A DNA stretch of 64,000 nucleotides from Escherichia coli. GTDB taxonomy: Bacteria; Pseudomonadota; Gammaproteobacteria; Enterobacterales; Enterobacteriaceae. Shown here in pieces: positions 22,496-33,211 of this stretch. The stretch lies in the NCBI RefSeq assembly GCF_003790525.1, contig NZ_CP033635.1; one strand, written 5' to 3'. Each line of letters starts with the position of its first letter. Position 1 is the first letter of the stretch. The notes beneath the pieces are model-generated. The model was not told where the DNA came from, searched no databases, and saw only the letters and a list, made by a program, of their open reading frames with translations. The position numbers were made by a program, and so were the translations under genes.

Positions 22496-24069
22496 TAAGG
22501 TTTCACCGGTTTAATCTGTTCGAACGGGATTTCGGTGGCGATCGGCGCGTAGGGGATGTTACCCAGTTCCGGTTTTGAAACCACCATCATTGAGATATAG
22601 CTGATGGGCAGATAAACCGCCTCGTTATGCAGACGGGTCAGAATGTCGCGATACAGTGCCTGACGTTGTGTTTCGTCGTGTGTCGCCAGCACTTCGCCAA
22701 TCTCTTTATCAATCAGTGGCTTGTCGGCTAAACCTTGCTGTGCCTGGAAGTCAGCGTGCGACGGTACGCGCATTGAACTCAGGAAGGCGTGTGGATCGTA
22801 TGGCGCGCCCCAGGTACGGTGGAAAATCATGCCAAAACGACCGTCGCGCTGACGAGCATAGATACTGCTCTCTTCTTCGCCGATCAGCGTGACATCCGCG
22901 CCAATCTGGCGCATATCAGCCTGAATGATTTCGGCCATTGATTTGCTTAACGCATCGGTGCCGATGAACGACAGTTCAATGCGCAGCGGCTGACCATTTT
23001 TCTCGCGGATGTCTTTGCCTGCGGGCAGCGTCCAGCCTGCTTGTTCCAGCAACGCTTTCGCTTTCTGCGGATCGTACTGGCGCGGTTTCAGGCCGAGATT
23101 GGCATAGGGCACGGAAGGGGCAAACAGGGTGTCGGCGACCTGCTGGGTGCCATACAACGCGTTATCGATCAGCGATTTTTTGTTTACCGCGTAATTGAGA
23201 GCTTCACGTACGGCCAGCTCGTTGGTGGGGGCTTTGGCAGTATTGAGCGCCAGCATCACGGTTTCGATCGGCTGTGACAGTTGGGTGTGGTAAGCCGAGT
23301 TCTGGCTAAAGCGGGCGAAGGTATCGAGCGGTAATAGCCCTTCATTACCGTATAGTAGATCGATATCGCCGGTTTCAAACGCTACTGCGCGGGTAGTCGG
23401 GTCTGGGATGACGTTAAAAGTGATCTTCTTAATCGCCGGCTTTTCGCCCCAGTAGTTTTCGTTACGGACGAAGACATCGTACTGATTCAGTTTCGATTCC
23501 TGCAAAACCCACGGCCCGGTGCCAATCGGCGCTTTAATCCCATTCATGGTTTCATGGTTTTTAAACTGCGAGGGGGCGATAAAGCGGAAAGGGCGCGGCA
23601 GGGCCAGTTCTTGCAGGAAAGGATAGTAGGCGCTTTTCAGGGTGATTTGCAGCTCGTTTTTGCTGAGTGCTTTGACATCAACAATCTGGTTTGCCAGCTC
23701 CAGCCAGGCGTGACGTTGACGGTTGTCGAGCACAGCGCGGAAGTTTTCTGCCGCGGCCTCTGCATCAAACGGTTCACCGTTAGAGAATTTCACATCATCA
23801 CGCAGGGTGAAGGTCCAGGTTTTGCCATCTTCTGAATGGGTCCAGCTTTTTGCCAGCCACGGGATCACCGAACCGTCTGCCTGATATTTCACCAGTGGTT
23901 CATAAACCATGCTCTGGGCGAACATTTGGTTAGGCGTGTAAAGGTGCGGGTTTAGTGGCCCGACATTCACCGGCCAGGCGGTGGTGATTTCATCTGGTGC
24001 AGCGGCATGGACGATAAAAGACGCACAAGCCAGCAGCGCAAATAGAGTGCGGCGGAGTGTAGAGAACAT
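22495..24069 (-). CDS. nikA: Periplasmic nickel-binding protein NikA
   Basis: 524-aa ORF with signal peptide, solute-binding-protein family 5 fold. Confidence 0.9.
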   Translation of the reverse strand: MFSTLRRTLFALLACASFIVHAAAPDEITTAWPVNVGPLNPHLYTPNQMFAQSMVYEPLVKYQADGSVIPWLAKSWTHSEDGKTWTFTLRDDVKFSNGEPFDAEAAAENFRAVLDNRQRHAWLELANQIVDVKALSKNELQITLKSAYYPFLQELALPRPFRFIAPSQFKNHETMNGIKAPIGTGPWVLQESKLNQYDVFVRNENYWGEKPAIKKITFNVIPDPTTRAVAFETGDIDLLYGNEGLLPLDTFARFSQNSAYHTQLSQPIETVMLALNTAKAPTNELAVREALNYAVNKKSLIDNALYGTQQVADTLFAPSVPYANLGLKPRQYDPQKAKALLEQAGWTLPAGKDIREKNGQPLRIELSFIGTDALSKSMAEIIQADMRQIGADVTLIGEEESSIYARQRDGRFGMIFHRTWGAPYDPHAFLSSMRVPSHADFQAQQGLADKPLIDKEIGEVLATHDETQRQALYRDILTRLHNEAVYLPISYISMMVVSKPELGNIPYAPIATEIPFEQIKPVKP

Positions 24070-24106
24070 GGTAACCCCAATGGATTAAAATAGATGGCGG
24101 AAATAA

Positions 24107-24134
24107 GTATGACGATTTTAAGTATTCGTCATAC
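24107..24134 (-). promoter_or_regulatory. NikR operator in the nikA promoter
   Basis: Palindrome GTATGA-N16-TCATAC (24107-24112 and 24129-24134), about 40 bp upstream of the nikA start codon. Confidence 0.7.
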
Positions 24135-24179
24135 TGATTACCTGTTCTGGATCAATAGATGGGCAGTCGGGTGGGCGGA

Positions 24180-24767
24180 TCAGTTAACTGAATCGATCCA
24201 TTGCACACTGTCGGCGGTGAGCGTAAAGGGGGTAGGGGTGCAGATCGCCAGGCTTAAATTTTCTAGCTGACAATGGCTGACTGACAGCGAGGAGTTATAG
24301 GTGCTGTCTACGCTGACGATTTGCCAGGCGCTGCCGCCACGCTGTTTAACGATGGCTTCTTTGCGCGTCCAGATGCGCCAGAACATTTCCAGTTGCTGAT
24401 CAGGATGCACGGCGTCCATCTCGGCATGTTCCCCAAGGCTGAATACGGCGTTCGCCAGCCAGCGCCAGTTGGCGCGCGGGCGAATCACTTCGATATCGCA
24501 GCCGACTTCGCCTTCATCGCTCAACAGCAGGGCGATATCGTCACCGCTATGGCTTAAGTTGAACCATAGCGGCGTTTCCGGCGCGAATGCAGGTTTGCCT
24601 TGTTCGCCATAGATGATCTCCGGTAGCGGGGAAAGCGTGTGCGAAAGCAATGCACGCCCCGCCAGCCAGCGTTCGCGTCGTGGACCTTGCGGTGCTTGCT
24701 CGCGTAAACCCGGTGGCAGAGGAGCTGCGCTTAAGGTCGAAACTTTCCCCAGAACTATCCGATACAT
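24180..24767 (-). CDS. acpT: 4'-phosphopantetheinyl transferase AcpT
   Basis: 195-aa ORF matching E. coli AcpT. Confidence 0.85.
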   Translation of the reverse strand: MYRIVLGKVSTLSAAPLPPGLREQAPQGPRRERWLAGRALLSHTLSPLPEIIYGEQGKPAFAPETPLWFNLSHSGDDIALLLSDEGEVGCDIEVIRPRANWRWLANAVFSLGEHAEMDAVHPDQQLEMFWRIWTRKEAIVKQRGGSAWQIVSVDSTYNSSLSVSHCQLENLSLAICTPTPFTLTADSVQWIDSVN

Positions 24768-24821
24768 ATCAGGGCCAACGTTTAATGGAAAATGAAAGTG
24801 CGTATCGTAACACTTGTCGCC

Positions 24822-25871
24822 TCATCCCGGTAATCGACTTTTCGGTCTGCCCGGTCCCAGTAAAATCGCCAGTTTGCTACCGCCTTTGGTGGTTTCCATC
24901 CAGATTTTACACACGCTGGTTAATGGTACCGAAAGTAGCATCCCTACCGGGCCGAGCAGCCATCCCCAAATTAACAATGAAAGAAATACCACCATGGTGG
25001 ACATCCCCAGGCGATGGCCCATCATCCGTGGTTCTAAAATATTGCCGATGACCATATGGACCACTAAAAACAATGCGCCGACCAGAATACATTCGTAAAC
25101 GCCATTAAACAGCAGCACCTGAATCATTGGCGGTACGGCGGAAATTACCGCGCCGATATTGGGCACGTAGTTGAGCAAAAACGCCAGTACTGCCCACATC
25201 AGCGCAAACTGTACGCCCATTAGCGCCAGCCCCAGCCAGACGATTACGCCTGTCCATAAACTTAGCAGTGTCTTCAATGCAAGATAGTGCGAAACACCTT
25301 TTAAGGCGCGGTGTAGTCCGGCGATGTGAATCTGTGGATTATTCAACGCAAAACGCATTTTGTAAGGGACGTGGCGCACTTCAAACAGCATGAAAACTAC
25401 GGTCATCACCAGCAAAAGCACGCTCGCCATTGCCCCGGAAAGCCCGGTCATTAGCGCCGTGGTGAAGGTAACCATTTTTTCCGAGTCCATCCGCTGCAGC
25501 ATTCGCTCCGGCGACATATGCAAATTAAGAAAAGGCAACATCTCCTGCAATTTAAAAAGTTTGCGCGTCAGCTCCTTATTAAACTTCGGCAGCATAGAGA
25601 TAAATTCGTTAAACGATGCCGCCAGTACGCCGACCAGCGCGGTTAGTGCGATCAGCATCACCACCACCACAATCGTAATGGCAACGGGGCGTTGTACTCC
25701 CCGACGAATAAACCAGGTGACGAGCGGGTTGAGGACGATGGCAAAAAACAGCGCCAGTAACAGCTGCACAATGATATCTGCCGCTGCGTGAATTCCCGCG
25801 AGGATCACCACCAGCGAGGCCAGCTTGAGCAGAATGTGCATGCCCGTTTTATCGGGTTGAGGGGTTTCCAT
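24822..25871 (-). CDS. yhhT: AI-2E family transporter YhhT
   Basis: Start taken at internal ATG (METPQPDKTGMHILLKLASL...), 349 aa, polytopic. Confidence 0.85.
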   Translation of the reverse strand: METPQPDKTGMHILLKLASLVVILAGIHAAADIIVQLLLALFFAIVLNPLVTWFIRRGVQRPVAITIVVVVMLIALTALVGVLAASFNEFISMLPKFNKELTRKLFKLQEMLPFLNLHMSPERMLQRMDSEKMVTFTTALMTGLSGAMASVLLLVMTVVFMLFEVRHVPYKMRFALNNPQIHIAGLHRALKGVSHYLALKTLLSLWTGVIVWLGLALMGVQFALMWAVLAFLLNYVPNIGAVISAVPPMIQVLLFNGVYECILVGALFLVVHMVIGNILEPRMMGHRLGMSTMVVFLSLLIWGWLLGPVGMLLSVPLTSVCKIWMETTKGGSKLAILLGPGRPKSRLPG

Positions 25872-26002
25872 TGGGGCTTCCTTGTGACTTTTTGTATTAA
25901 GTGTAGCGGGAGTCACGCCAGCAATATTCTGATTCTTACTGCTGATTTTCACGTCAGCACGTGGTAAAAATGAAACACTGTTGTAAAAATGTGGTGATCC
26001 TC

Positions 26003-27220
26003 ATGCCCGAACCCGTAGCCGAACCCGCGCTAAACGGATTGCGCCTGAATTTGCGCATTGTCTCCATTGTCATGTTTAACTTCGCCAGCTACCTCACCAT
26101 CGGGTTGCCGCTCGCTGTATTACCGGGCTATGTCCATGATGTGATGGGATTTAGTGCCTTCTGGGCAGGGTTGGTTATCAGCCTGCAATATTTCGCCACC
26201 TTGCTGAGCCGTCCTCATGCCGGACGTTACGCCGATTTGCTGGGACCCAAAAAGATTGTCGTCTTCGGTTTATGCGGCTGCTTTTTGAGCGGTCTGGGAT
26301 ATCTGACGGCGGGATTAACCGCCAGTCTGCCCGTCATCAGCCTGTTATTACTGTGCCTGGGGCGCGTAATCCTTGGGATTGGGCAAAGTTTTGCCGGAAC
26401 GGGATCGACCCTGTGGGGTGTTGGCGTGGTTGGTTCGCTACATATCGGGCGGGTGATTTCGTGGAACGGTATTGTCACTTACGGGGCGATGGCGATGGGT
26501 GCGCCGTTAGGTGTCGTGTTTTATCACTGGGGCGGATTGCAGGCGTTAGCGTTAATCATTATGGGCGTGGCGCTGGTGGCCATTTTGTTGGCGATCCCGC
26601 GTCCGATGGTAAAAGCCAGTAAAGGCAAACCGCTGCCGTTTCGTGCGGTGCTTGGGCGCGTCTGGCTGTACGGTATGGCGCTGGCACTGGCTTCCGCCGG
26701 ATTTGGCGTTATCGCCACCTTTATCACGCTGTTTTATGACGCTAAAGGTTGGGACGGTGCGGCTTTCGCGCTGACGCTGTTTAGCTGTGCGTTTGTCGGT
26801 ACGCGTTTGTTATTCCCTAACGGCATTAACCGTATCGGCGGCTTAAACGTGGCGATGATTTGCTTTAGCGTTGAGATAATCGGCCTGCTACTGGTTGGCG
26901 TGGCGACTATGCCGTGGATGGCGAAAATCGGCGTCTTACTCGCGGGGGCGGGGTTTTCGCTGGTGTTCCCGGCATTGGGCGTAGTGGCGGTAAAAGCGGT
27001 TCCGCAGCAAAATCAGGGGGCGGCGCTGGCAACTTACACCGTATTTATGGATTTATCGCTTGGCGTGACCGGACCACTGGCTGGGCTGGTGATGAGTTGG
27101 GCGGGCGTCCCGGTGATTTATCTGGCGGCGGCGGGACTGGTCGCAATCGCGTTATTACTGACGTGGCGATTAAAAAAACGGCCTCCGGTGGAAGTACCTG
27201 AGGCCATCTCATCATCTTAA
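26003..27220 (+). CDS. yhhS: MFS transporter YhhS
   Basis: Start taken at ATG 26003 (MPEPVAEPALNGLRLNL...), 405 aa, 12-TM MFS architecture. Confidence 0.85.
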   Translation: MPEPVAEPALNGLRLNLRIVSIVMFNFASYLTIGLPLAVLPGYVHDVMGFSAFWAGLVISLQYFATLLSRPHAGRYADLLGPKKIVVFGLCGCFLSGLGYLTAGLTASLPVISLLLLCLGRVILGIGQSFAGTGSTLWGVGVVGSLHIGRVISWNGIVTYGAMAMGAPLGVVFYHWGGLQALALIIMGVALVAILLAIPRPMVKASKGKPLPFRAVLGRVWLYGMALALASAGFGVIATFITLFYDAKGWDGAAFALTLFSCAFVGTRLLFPNGINRIGGLNVAMICFSVEIIGLLLVGVATMPWMAKIGVLLAGAGFSLVFPALGVVAVKAVPQQNQGAALATYTVFMDLSLGVTGPLAGLVMSWAGVPVIYLAAAGLVAIALLLTWRLKKRPPVEVPEAISSS

Positions 27221-27223
27221 AAC

Positions 27224-27781
27224 TTACTGAATAACCAGCGTATTAATGATGTTTTCTGCGGTGGTCTGTGCTTTTTGCTGATCGTCAGCGGGCAGTGTAA
27301 TTTGCATGGTCAGTAGTTGATTACCCACGTTACCCAGAATAACGGAAGAGTACGCCGTCTGGCCTTTCGCGGAGATAATGCTGTCTAACTGCTGCATTTT
27401 GTGACCTTTCAGCTCAATGGCTTTATTGGTTACCACTTGCAGCTGCGGATCGCGGCTACGTTGCTGATCTTCCAGGCGCTTCGCCAGCACCGCCAGATCT
27501 TCTTTCGGATCATCGCCCATGATGACGATGACTGCTTTTTGCCCGGTGGCGTCGGACCAGACATGCATGTTATTAGCCTGCGTTCCCAGCTTACCGCTCT
27601 GGTCGGTCATATCCGCTGGCAGCGAGAAACTTAACTTGCCATCAAGCAGGTTGACGGGATTCCCGGTAGCGTTACTTTCCGCGACCGAACCCTGCGCCGT
27701 AGCGTTAGTGTCTTTATCATCACAGGCCGCAAGCCCCATAACCAGCAGGCCAATTCCGACATATTTAACCAGATTGCGCAT
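27224..27781 (-). CDS. dcrB: Periplasmic lipoprotein DcrB
   Basis: Start taken at ATG giving [20 protein letters not shown] (lipobox), 185 aa. Confidence 0.85.
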
Positions 27782-27853
27782 TGACTTCTTCCTTTCGATA
27801 AACGGCCATAACGGCTCATTCATCCATCTTATCACAACTCTGATAACGAACCT

Positions 27854-28519
27854 TTAACTCGCCTGCAAAGCGTTGATTTCGGATTTATCTGCCAGTCTTT
27901 TCAACAGCATATTGAGTAATACGCCATACATTGGCAGGAAGAAAACGATACTGATTAACACTTTGAAACAGTAATCGACCAGCGCGATTTCCATCCAGTG
28001 TTCAGCCATAAAGGCATCTGGGCTGCGCCAGAAGGCAATGAAGAAGAAGGCCAGCGTGTCGCTGACGTTACCAAACAGGGTGGAAGCCGTCGGTGCCAGC
28101 CACCAGCGACGACTCTGACGCAGGCGGTTAAAAACGTGCACGTCGAGGATTTGCCCCAGCGCGTAGGCCATGAAACTGGCGGTGGCGATACGGGCGACAA
28201 ACAGGTTGAAGTGGGCGAGCGCGCCGAATCCCTGCCAGGAACCCATATAGAACAGCGACGAGATGACGTAGGAGATCAGTAACGCCGGGATCATCACCGC
28301 AAAGATGATACGACGGGCCAGCGGTGCGCCAAAAATACGCACAGTCAGGTCGGTAGCAAGGAAAATAAACGGAAAGCTAAACGCGCCCCAGGTGGTATGG
28401 AAACCAAAAATGGATACGGGAAGCTGAACCAGATAGTTACTGGAGGTGATCACCAGAAGATGAAATAACGATAACCAGAACAACGCCTTATAGCGTTGAG
28501 TTTGCGAGAAAACGTTCAT
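27854..28519 (-). CDS. yhhQ: Queuosine precursor transporter YhhQ
   Basis: 221-aa polytopic membrane ORF matching YhhQ. Confidence 0.85.
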   Translation of the reverse strand: MNVFSQTQRYKALFWLSLFHLLVITSSNYLVQLPVSIFGFHTTWGAFSFPFIFLATDLTVRIFGAPLARRIIFAVMIPALLISYVISSLFYMGSWQGFGALAHFNLFVARIATASFMAYALGQILDVHVFNRLRQSRRWWLAPTASTLFGNVSDTLAFFFIAFWRSPDAFMAEHWMEIALVDYCFKVLISIVFFLPMYGVLLNMLLKRLADKSEINALQAS

Positions 28520-28739
28520 ATTGTACCTTTTTGATTAACCATTGGGGTGAGGGAACCCAATACGTACGACACGTCTGTTACCTTAACATAATAACGTGCT
28601 GACCCTTTTTTCGAGCCGCCGCATGATACTGCTTTACGTTAACAATGCAATGGTTAATTTTCACGCAATCGTTAACCTGGTTTGCTTACGGACTCACAGG
28701 GCGTAAACTAGCGCCGTTTTTTTATGTGATGAGAAGAAA

Positions 28740-28985
28740 ATGACCGATCTCTTTTCCAGCCCTGACCACACACTCGACGCACTTGGCCTGCGCTGCCCGG
28801 AACCAGTAATGATGGTGCGCAAAACAGTGCGCAATATGCAGCCAGGTGAAACGTTGCTGATTATTGCTGACGATCCGGCGACGACACGCGATATTCCTGG
28901 GTTTTGTACCTTTATGGAACACGAACTGGTTGCGAAAGAGACGGATGGACTGCCTTATCGTTATTTGATTCGCAAATCGGGGTAA
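28740..28985 (+). CDS. tusA: Sulfur carrier protein TusA
   Basis: 81-aa ORF with CPxP motif ([12 protein letters not shown]). Confidence 0.9.
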
Positions 28986-29038
28986 GGTGGATCAGGCTAG
29001 CGGACCGATCGCGCTCAATTTTGCGGCTTGCAACCGGT

Positions 29039-29176
29039 TTGTAGGACGGATAAAAAGTTCAAGCTGCATCTGGCGATACGGTGCGCAATGCCTGATGCGA
29101 CGCTGTCGCGTCTTATCATGCCTACGAGTTCGATGCCCTGTGTAGGCCAGATAAGGCGTTTACGCCGCATCCGGCA
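29039..29176. repeat. REP/BIME cluster
   Basis: Two inversely oriented REP-type palindromic units (GCCTGATGCGACGCTGTCGCGTCTTATCATGCCTAC and TGTAGGCCAGATAAGGCGTTTACGCCGCATCCGGCA) plus a partial unit. Confidence 0.7.
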
Positions 29177-29199
29177 CGCAAACGTAATGGAATGCACAA

Positions 29200-29508
29200 A
29201 TGGATTATTTAATTCCAGTTTGTCTGGCATTGCTGGGATTGCTCGCGATCTTCACCCCCAATTGGCTGATCCCTGTTTTTATCGTCGTGGGGGGATGGCT
29301 GGGGGTACTTGCCTGGGGTTGGCTCTGGCTAATGATTTTTTTACCTTTACTTAACGGTGTCGGGCTTGCTTATGCCCTGTGGTTGATGTTCAAAAGGCCA
29401 TCCATAGCATCCCGCCTGGTTGCTGCATGCTGTGTTATCTCCGTCATTCTGATGTTAGCGCTTTATTATGCTTTCCTGACTATGCCGCCGTTCCCGCCTC
29501 AGCACTAA
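29200..29508 (+). CDS. Hypothetical small membrane protein (3 predicted TM helices, Trp-rich)
   Basis: 102-aa ORF between the REP cluster and the zntA 3' end; strongly hydrophobic; no clear SD; may be spurious. Confidence 0.3.
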   Translation: MDYLIPVCLALLGLLAIFTPNWLIPVFIVVGGWLGVLAWGWLWLMIFLPLLNGVGLAYALWLMFKRPSIASRLVAACCVISVILMLALYYAFLTMPPFPPQH

Positions 29509-29540
29509 GCCTGATAGCCAGAGGCTATCAGGCAACACTT

Positions 29541-31739
29541 TTACTTCCTGCGCAACAATCTTAACGCATTCGCCGTCACCAGCACCGTCGCACCCGTATC
29601 TGCCAGCACCGCCAGCCATAGCCCGGTCATTCCTAACAGTGTGGTGACGAGGAAAACGCCTTTCAGCCCCAGCGCAATGGTGATGTTCTGGCGGATATTG
29701 GCGTGAGTGGCGCGTGCCAGTTCAATCATTTGCACCAGACCGCGCAGGTGGTTATGGGTTAATGCTGCATCGGCGGTTTCCAGCGCCACGTCTGTGCCAC
29801 TGCCCATTGCAATCCCGATGGCGGCAGCTTTCATCGCTGGCGCGTCGTTAATACCATCACCGACCATCGCCAGCGGCGCATGTTGATTCAGCTCGGTCAC
29901 CGCTTTGACTTTATCTTCCGGCAACAGGCCCGCTTTAAATTCCAGCCCCAACTCCCCGGCAATTGCCGCCGCGGCGCGTGGATTATCGCCGGTGAGGATC
30001 ACTCCTTTAACCCCCAGCGCGTTCAGTTCACTGATAGCAGTTGCAGCATCGGCGCGCAGGGTATCCTGCAACGCAATGACACCCAGCACGTCATCATTAC
30101 GTACTACCAGCACTACCGTTTGCCCGGCGCTTTCCAGTTCATTAATCAAACCAGCAAATGCATCAGCAGGATGTTTTCCGGCAGCGCATATCAACACGCG
30201 CTCACCGTTAACCTGCGCTTCAATGCCAGACCCGACCAGCGCCCGCTGTGATTGGGCGGTGGGAATGGCGAGTTCAGCAACCTGTGCTTCGCGCACAATG
30301 GCTTGTGCCAGTGGATGCGTCGCGCCTTGCTCGACCGCCGCCGCCAGTGTCAGCAGTTCAGATTCACTAATACCCGTTGCCGGATGAATCGCGGTAACGC
30401 GCGGTTTACCGACGGTCAGCGTACCGGTTTTATCAAACGCCACCTGGGTAACACGACCCAGCTGCTCCAGCGCCGCGCCGCCTTTAATCAACGCCCCACG
30501 ACGCGCTGCTGCCGCCAGCCCGGAGGTAATCGCCGCGGGCGTGGAGATAACTAACGCACACGGGCAACCAATCAGCAGCAGCGTCAGCCCTTTATAAATC
30601 CACTCTTGCCAGCTGGCGGCAAACAGCAGCGGCGGCACCAGCGTCACCAGCAGAGCGACGGCCATAATCGCTGGCGTGTAGATACGGCTGAAACGGTCGA
30701 TAAACCGCTCAATGGGGGCGCGACGCTCTTCGGCTTCTTCGATCAGTTTCAGAATCCGGTCAATGGCGCTGGCACCCGGTTCTGACAGCACTTCCAGCGT
30801 TACCAGACGGTCTACGCTGGTGGCACCAGCAGGGACTTTATCGCCCGTTGCGCGCTCCACCGGAATGGATTCTCCGGTCAGGGCGCTTTCATCAAAACTG
30901 GCAAACGGTGAGAGCAGTTTACCGTCGGCAGGCAAACGCCCACCTGCCGCAACTTCAATCACATCGCCAGGGCGCAGGCTGTTAATCGCCACCTCTTCAC
31001 GCTCACCGTTACGCAGACGCGTGGCGGTTTCCGGTTTCAGCGCCATTAACGCGCTAACGCCCTGACGCGCGCGGCTGGCGGCCCAGCCTTCCAGTCGTTC
31101 ACCAATCAAAAACAGCAGCAACACCATCGCAGCTTCAGCCGTTGCGCCAATAAACAGCGCACCAATAGCGGCTACGCTCATTAAGGTTTCAATGGCGAAG
31201 TAGCTGCCAGATTTGATCAGCCGTAATGCCTGACGAGCAATCGGGTACAGCCCAACCAGCGTGGTCGCGATAAACGCCAGTTGACCAAACGGATGATTGA
31301 ACTGCTCCAGACCCCAGCTGATTGCCATCATCACGATTAGCGTAATCAGCGGCAGATTCTCTTTCAGGCGTGATGCTTGTGGTTCGTCGGTGGTCTGTTC
31401 ATCGCGCAGGGAATAGCCCGCTTTTTGCACCGCAGATTCAACCTGGGCACGGATGTCATTGTCGGCATCGACTACCAATTTTTCGGTGGCGAACAACACC
31501 TGCACCTGATTCACGCCTGCAAGCTGGCGCACGGCATTTTCCACTTTGCGCGCACAGGCGGCGCAGTCCATGCCGCTGACTTTCCAGCTATAGCGGGTGC
31601 CGGAGACGCTTTCAGAGAGCGTTGGCGTGCTGGAACATGCGCCATCGCAGCAACAGTCGTTGGTGTTCTGTACCGTAGTTAGCGGTTTGAACGCAGCAAA
31701 TTGAGGGGCTTTCTTGCCGTGATTGTCAGGAGTCGACAT
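29541..31739 (-). CDS. zntA: Zn/Cd/Pb-exporting P1B-type ATPase ZntA
   Basis: 732-aa ORF with N-terminal metal-binding GMDCAAC, CPC transmembrane motif and DKTGTLT phosphorylation site. Confidence 0.95.
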   Translation of the reverse strand: MSTPDNHGKKAPQFAAFKPLTTVQNTNDCCCDGACSSTPTLSESVSGTRYSWKVSGMDCAACARKVENAVRQLAGVNQVQVLFATEKLVVDADNDIRAQVESAVQKAGYSLRDEQTTDEPQASRLKENLPLITLIVMMAISWGLEQFNHPFGQLAFIATTLVGLYPIARQALRLIKSGSYFAIETLMSVAAIGALFIGATAEAAMVLLLFLIGERLEGWAASRARQGVSALMALKPETATRLRNGEREEVAINSLRPGDVIEVAAGGRLPADGKLLSPFASFDESALTGESIPVERATGDKVPAGATSVDRLVTLEVLSEPGASAIDRILKLIEEAEERRAPIERFIDRFSRIYTPAIMAVALLVTLVPPLLFAASWQEWIYKGLTLLLIGCPCALVISTPAAITSGLAAAARRGALIKGGAALEQLGRVTQVAFDKTGTLTVGKPRVTAIHPATGISESELLTLAAAVEQGATHPLAQAIVREAQVAELAIPTAQSQRALVGSGIEAQVNGERVLICAAGKHPADAFAGLINELESAGQTVVLVVRNDDVLGVIALQDTLRADAATAISELNALGVKGVILTGDNPRAAAAIAGELGLEFKAGLLPEDKVKAVTELNQHAPLAMVGDGINDAPAMKAAAIGIAMGSGTDVALETADAALTHNHLRGLVQMIELARATHANIRQNITIALGLKGVFLVTTLLGMTGLWLAVLADTGATVLVTANALRLLRRK

Positions 31740-31774
31740 GGCATCCTCCGGTTAAGTTTTTTCTCATTAACCGA

Positions 31775-31806
31775 AGGATACACTCTGGAGTCGACTCCAG
31801 AGTCAA
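31775..31806 (-). promoter_or_regulatory. zntA promoter with ZntR (MerR-family) operator
   Basis: On the minus strand: TTGACT -35, 20-bp spacer containing the perfect palindrome ACTCTGGAGTCGACTCCAGAGT (31782-31803), TATCCT -10. The long spacer is typical of MerR-type promoters. Confidence 0.7.
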
Positions 31807-31812
31807 GTTTTA

Positions 31813-32439
31813 TCAGAGATACAGCGAGCGGACGATGAGGAAGTGACCAGCAAAGTAGCAGGCCGCAGCAATCGCGTTGTCCGCACGGAAGCGGCGGCGA
31901 TAGTGACTACCCAGCCAGACAAAGTTACTGATAAACAGCAACGAAGCGCCGACAAACGCAGAGAGTGCCGGAGCGGTCGGACGGAAGAACCACAGTTCAC
32001 CTGCCAGCCACACCATCACCAGCGTCATGCCGATAAACGTGCAGATAGGCCAACGATACTCTTCCAGACGCGTCCAGATAATCGCCAGTAACAGCGCGCC
32101 CAGAACCAACAGTACCAACGGCAGAGGCCAGAAGAAGGAGAGCGTCATCTGACTGGCGAAATAGATGGTGTACAGCAGGTGCGAGAGGAAAAACGCGCCG
32201 ATGGCGTACATCAGACGTTGACGTGGCAACAGGGTTAGCGCATCGCCCAGCAGTGAGGCACACAGCCCCGCCAGCACCAGATAGCTAATGGCGTCGAACA
32301 TCGGCGCTTGCCAGGCCAGCAACAGCAGGAGAAGAAGGGTTAACGGTTTAAACACCCAGCGTTGCCAGGTTGGCCCACGATACGATGCATCCACAGATAG
32401 CCATGCGGAAAGACAGACAGCGATAAACGACCAAAGCAT
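31813..32439 (-). CDS. yhhN: Inner membrane protein YhhN
   Basis: 208-aa polytopic ORF matching YhhN. Confidence 0.85.
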
Positions 32440-32579
32440 CTTAGTTCCTTGAATTCGTTATTTTTTCGTAAGCGGAATGCCTACGGTCTTGCTTCCAGTT
32501 TAGTGGCGAGGGTGGACGGATGACAACACCATAACTGGCAGGGTATGCTTATTTCCGCATTTTCCGATGAGGGATAAAG

Positions 32580-32939
32580 ATGAGTAAACCACCTCTTTTC
32601 TTTATTGTTATCATTGGCTTAATCATCGTCGCCGCATCGTTTCGTTTTATGCAACAACGACGGGAAAAAGCTGATAATGATATGGCACCGCTCCAGCAAA
32701 AGCTGGTGGTGGTGAGCAACAAGCGGGAAAAACCGATTAACGATCGCCGTTCGCGCCAGCAGGAAGTAACTCCGGCAGGCACCAGTATGCGCTATGAGGC
32801 AAGCTTCAAACCGCAAAGCGGAGGAATGGAGCAGACGTTTCGCCTAGACGCCCAGCAGTACCACGCCCTGACAGTGGGCGATAAAGGTACGCTGAGCTAT
32901 AAAGGAACGCGCTTTGTCAGCTTTATAGGCGAACAATAA
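32580..32939 (+). CDS. yhhM: DUF2500 membrane-anchored protein YhhM
   Basis: 119-aa ORF with N-terminal TM helix. Confidence 0.85.
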   Translation: MSKPPLFFIVIIGLIIVAASFRFMQQRREKADNDMAPLQQKLVVVSNKREKPINDRRSRQQEVTPAGTSMRYEASFKPQSGGMEQTFRLDAQQYHALTVGDKGTLSYKGTRFVSFIGEQ

Positions 32940-32941
32940 GG

Positions 32942-33211
32942 TTATTTTTTAACTTTAAATTTCTTCTGCCAGACCAGCAGTTCAAACACGCCGAAAAGGA
33001 AAATCCGCACCTTTTCGGCGGTGGTCATCTGCGGGCCATCTTTCGGCAAAGTGGATTTCAATAGCGCCAGCTGCATACCATGCATCAGCACGGTAAAAAT
33101 CAGCGCCACGTTAACGAAAATATTCAGCGGACGCGGGAAGGGATGCACCAGGTTGAGGATTAAAAATCCCCAAACGCAGAGCATTAACAAACGTCCAATA
33201 TTAATCAACAT
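32942..33211 (-). CDS. yhhL: DUF1145 small membrane protein YhhL
   Basis: Start taken at internal ATG (MLINIGRLLMLCVWGFL...), 89 aa. Confidence 0.8.
   Translation of the reverse strand: MLINIGRLLMLCVWGFLILNLVHPFPRPLNIFVNVALIFTVLMHGMQLALLKSTLPKDGPQMTTAEKVRIFLFGVFELLVWQKKFKVKK

Noticed and set aside
24141-24170. Possible FNR box upstream of nikA
   Set aside because: Only one good half-site (TTGAT) with a poor second half; not confident without a matrix score.
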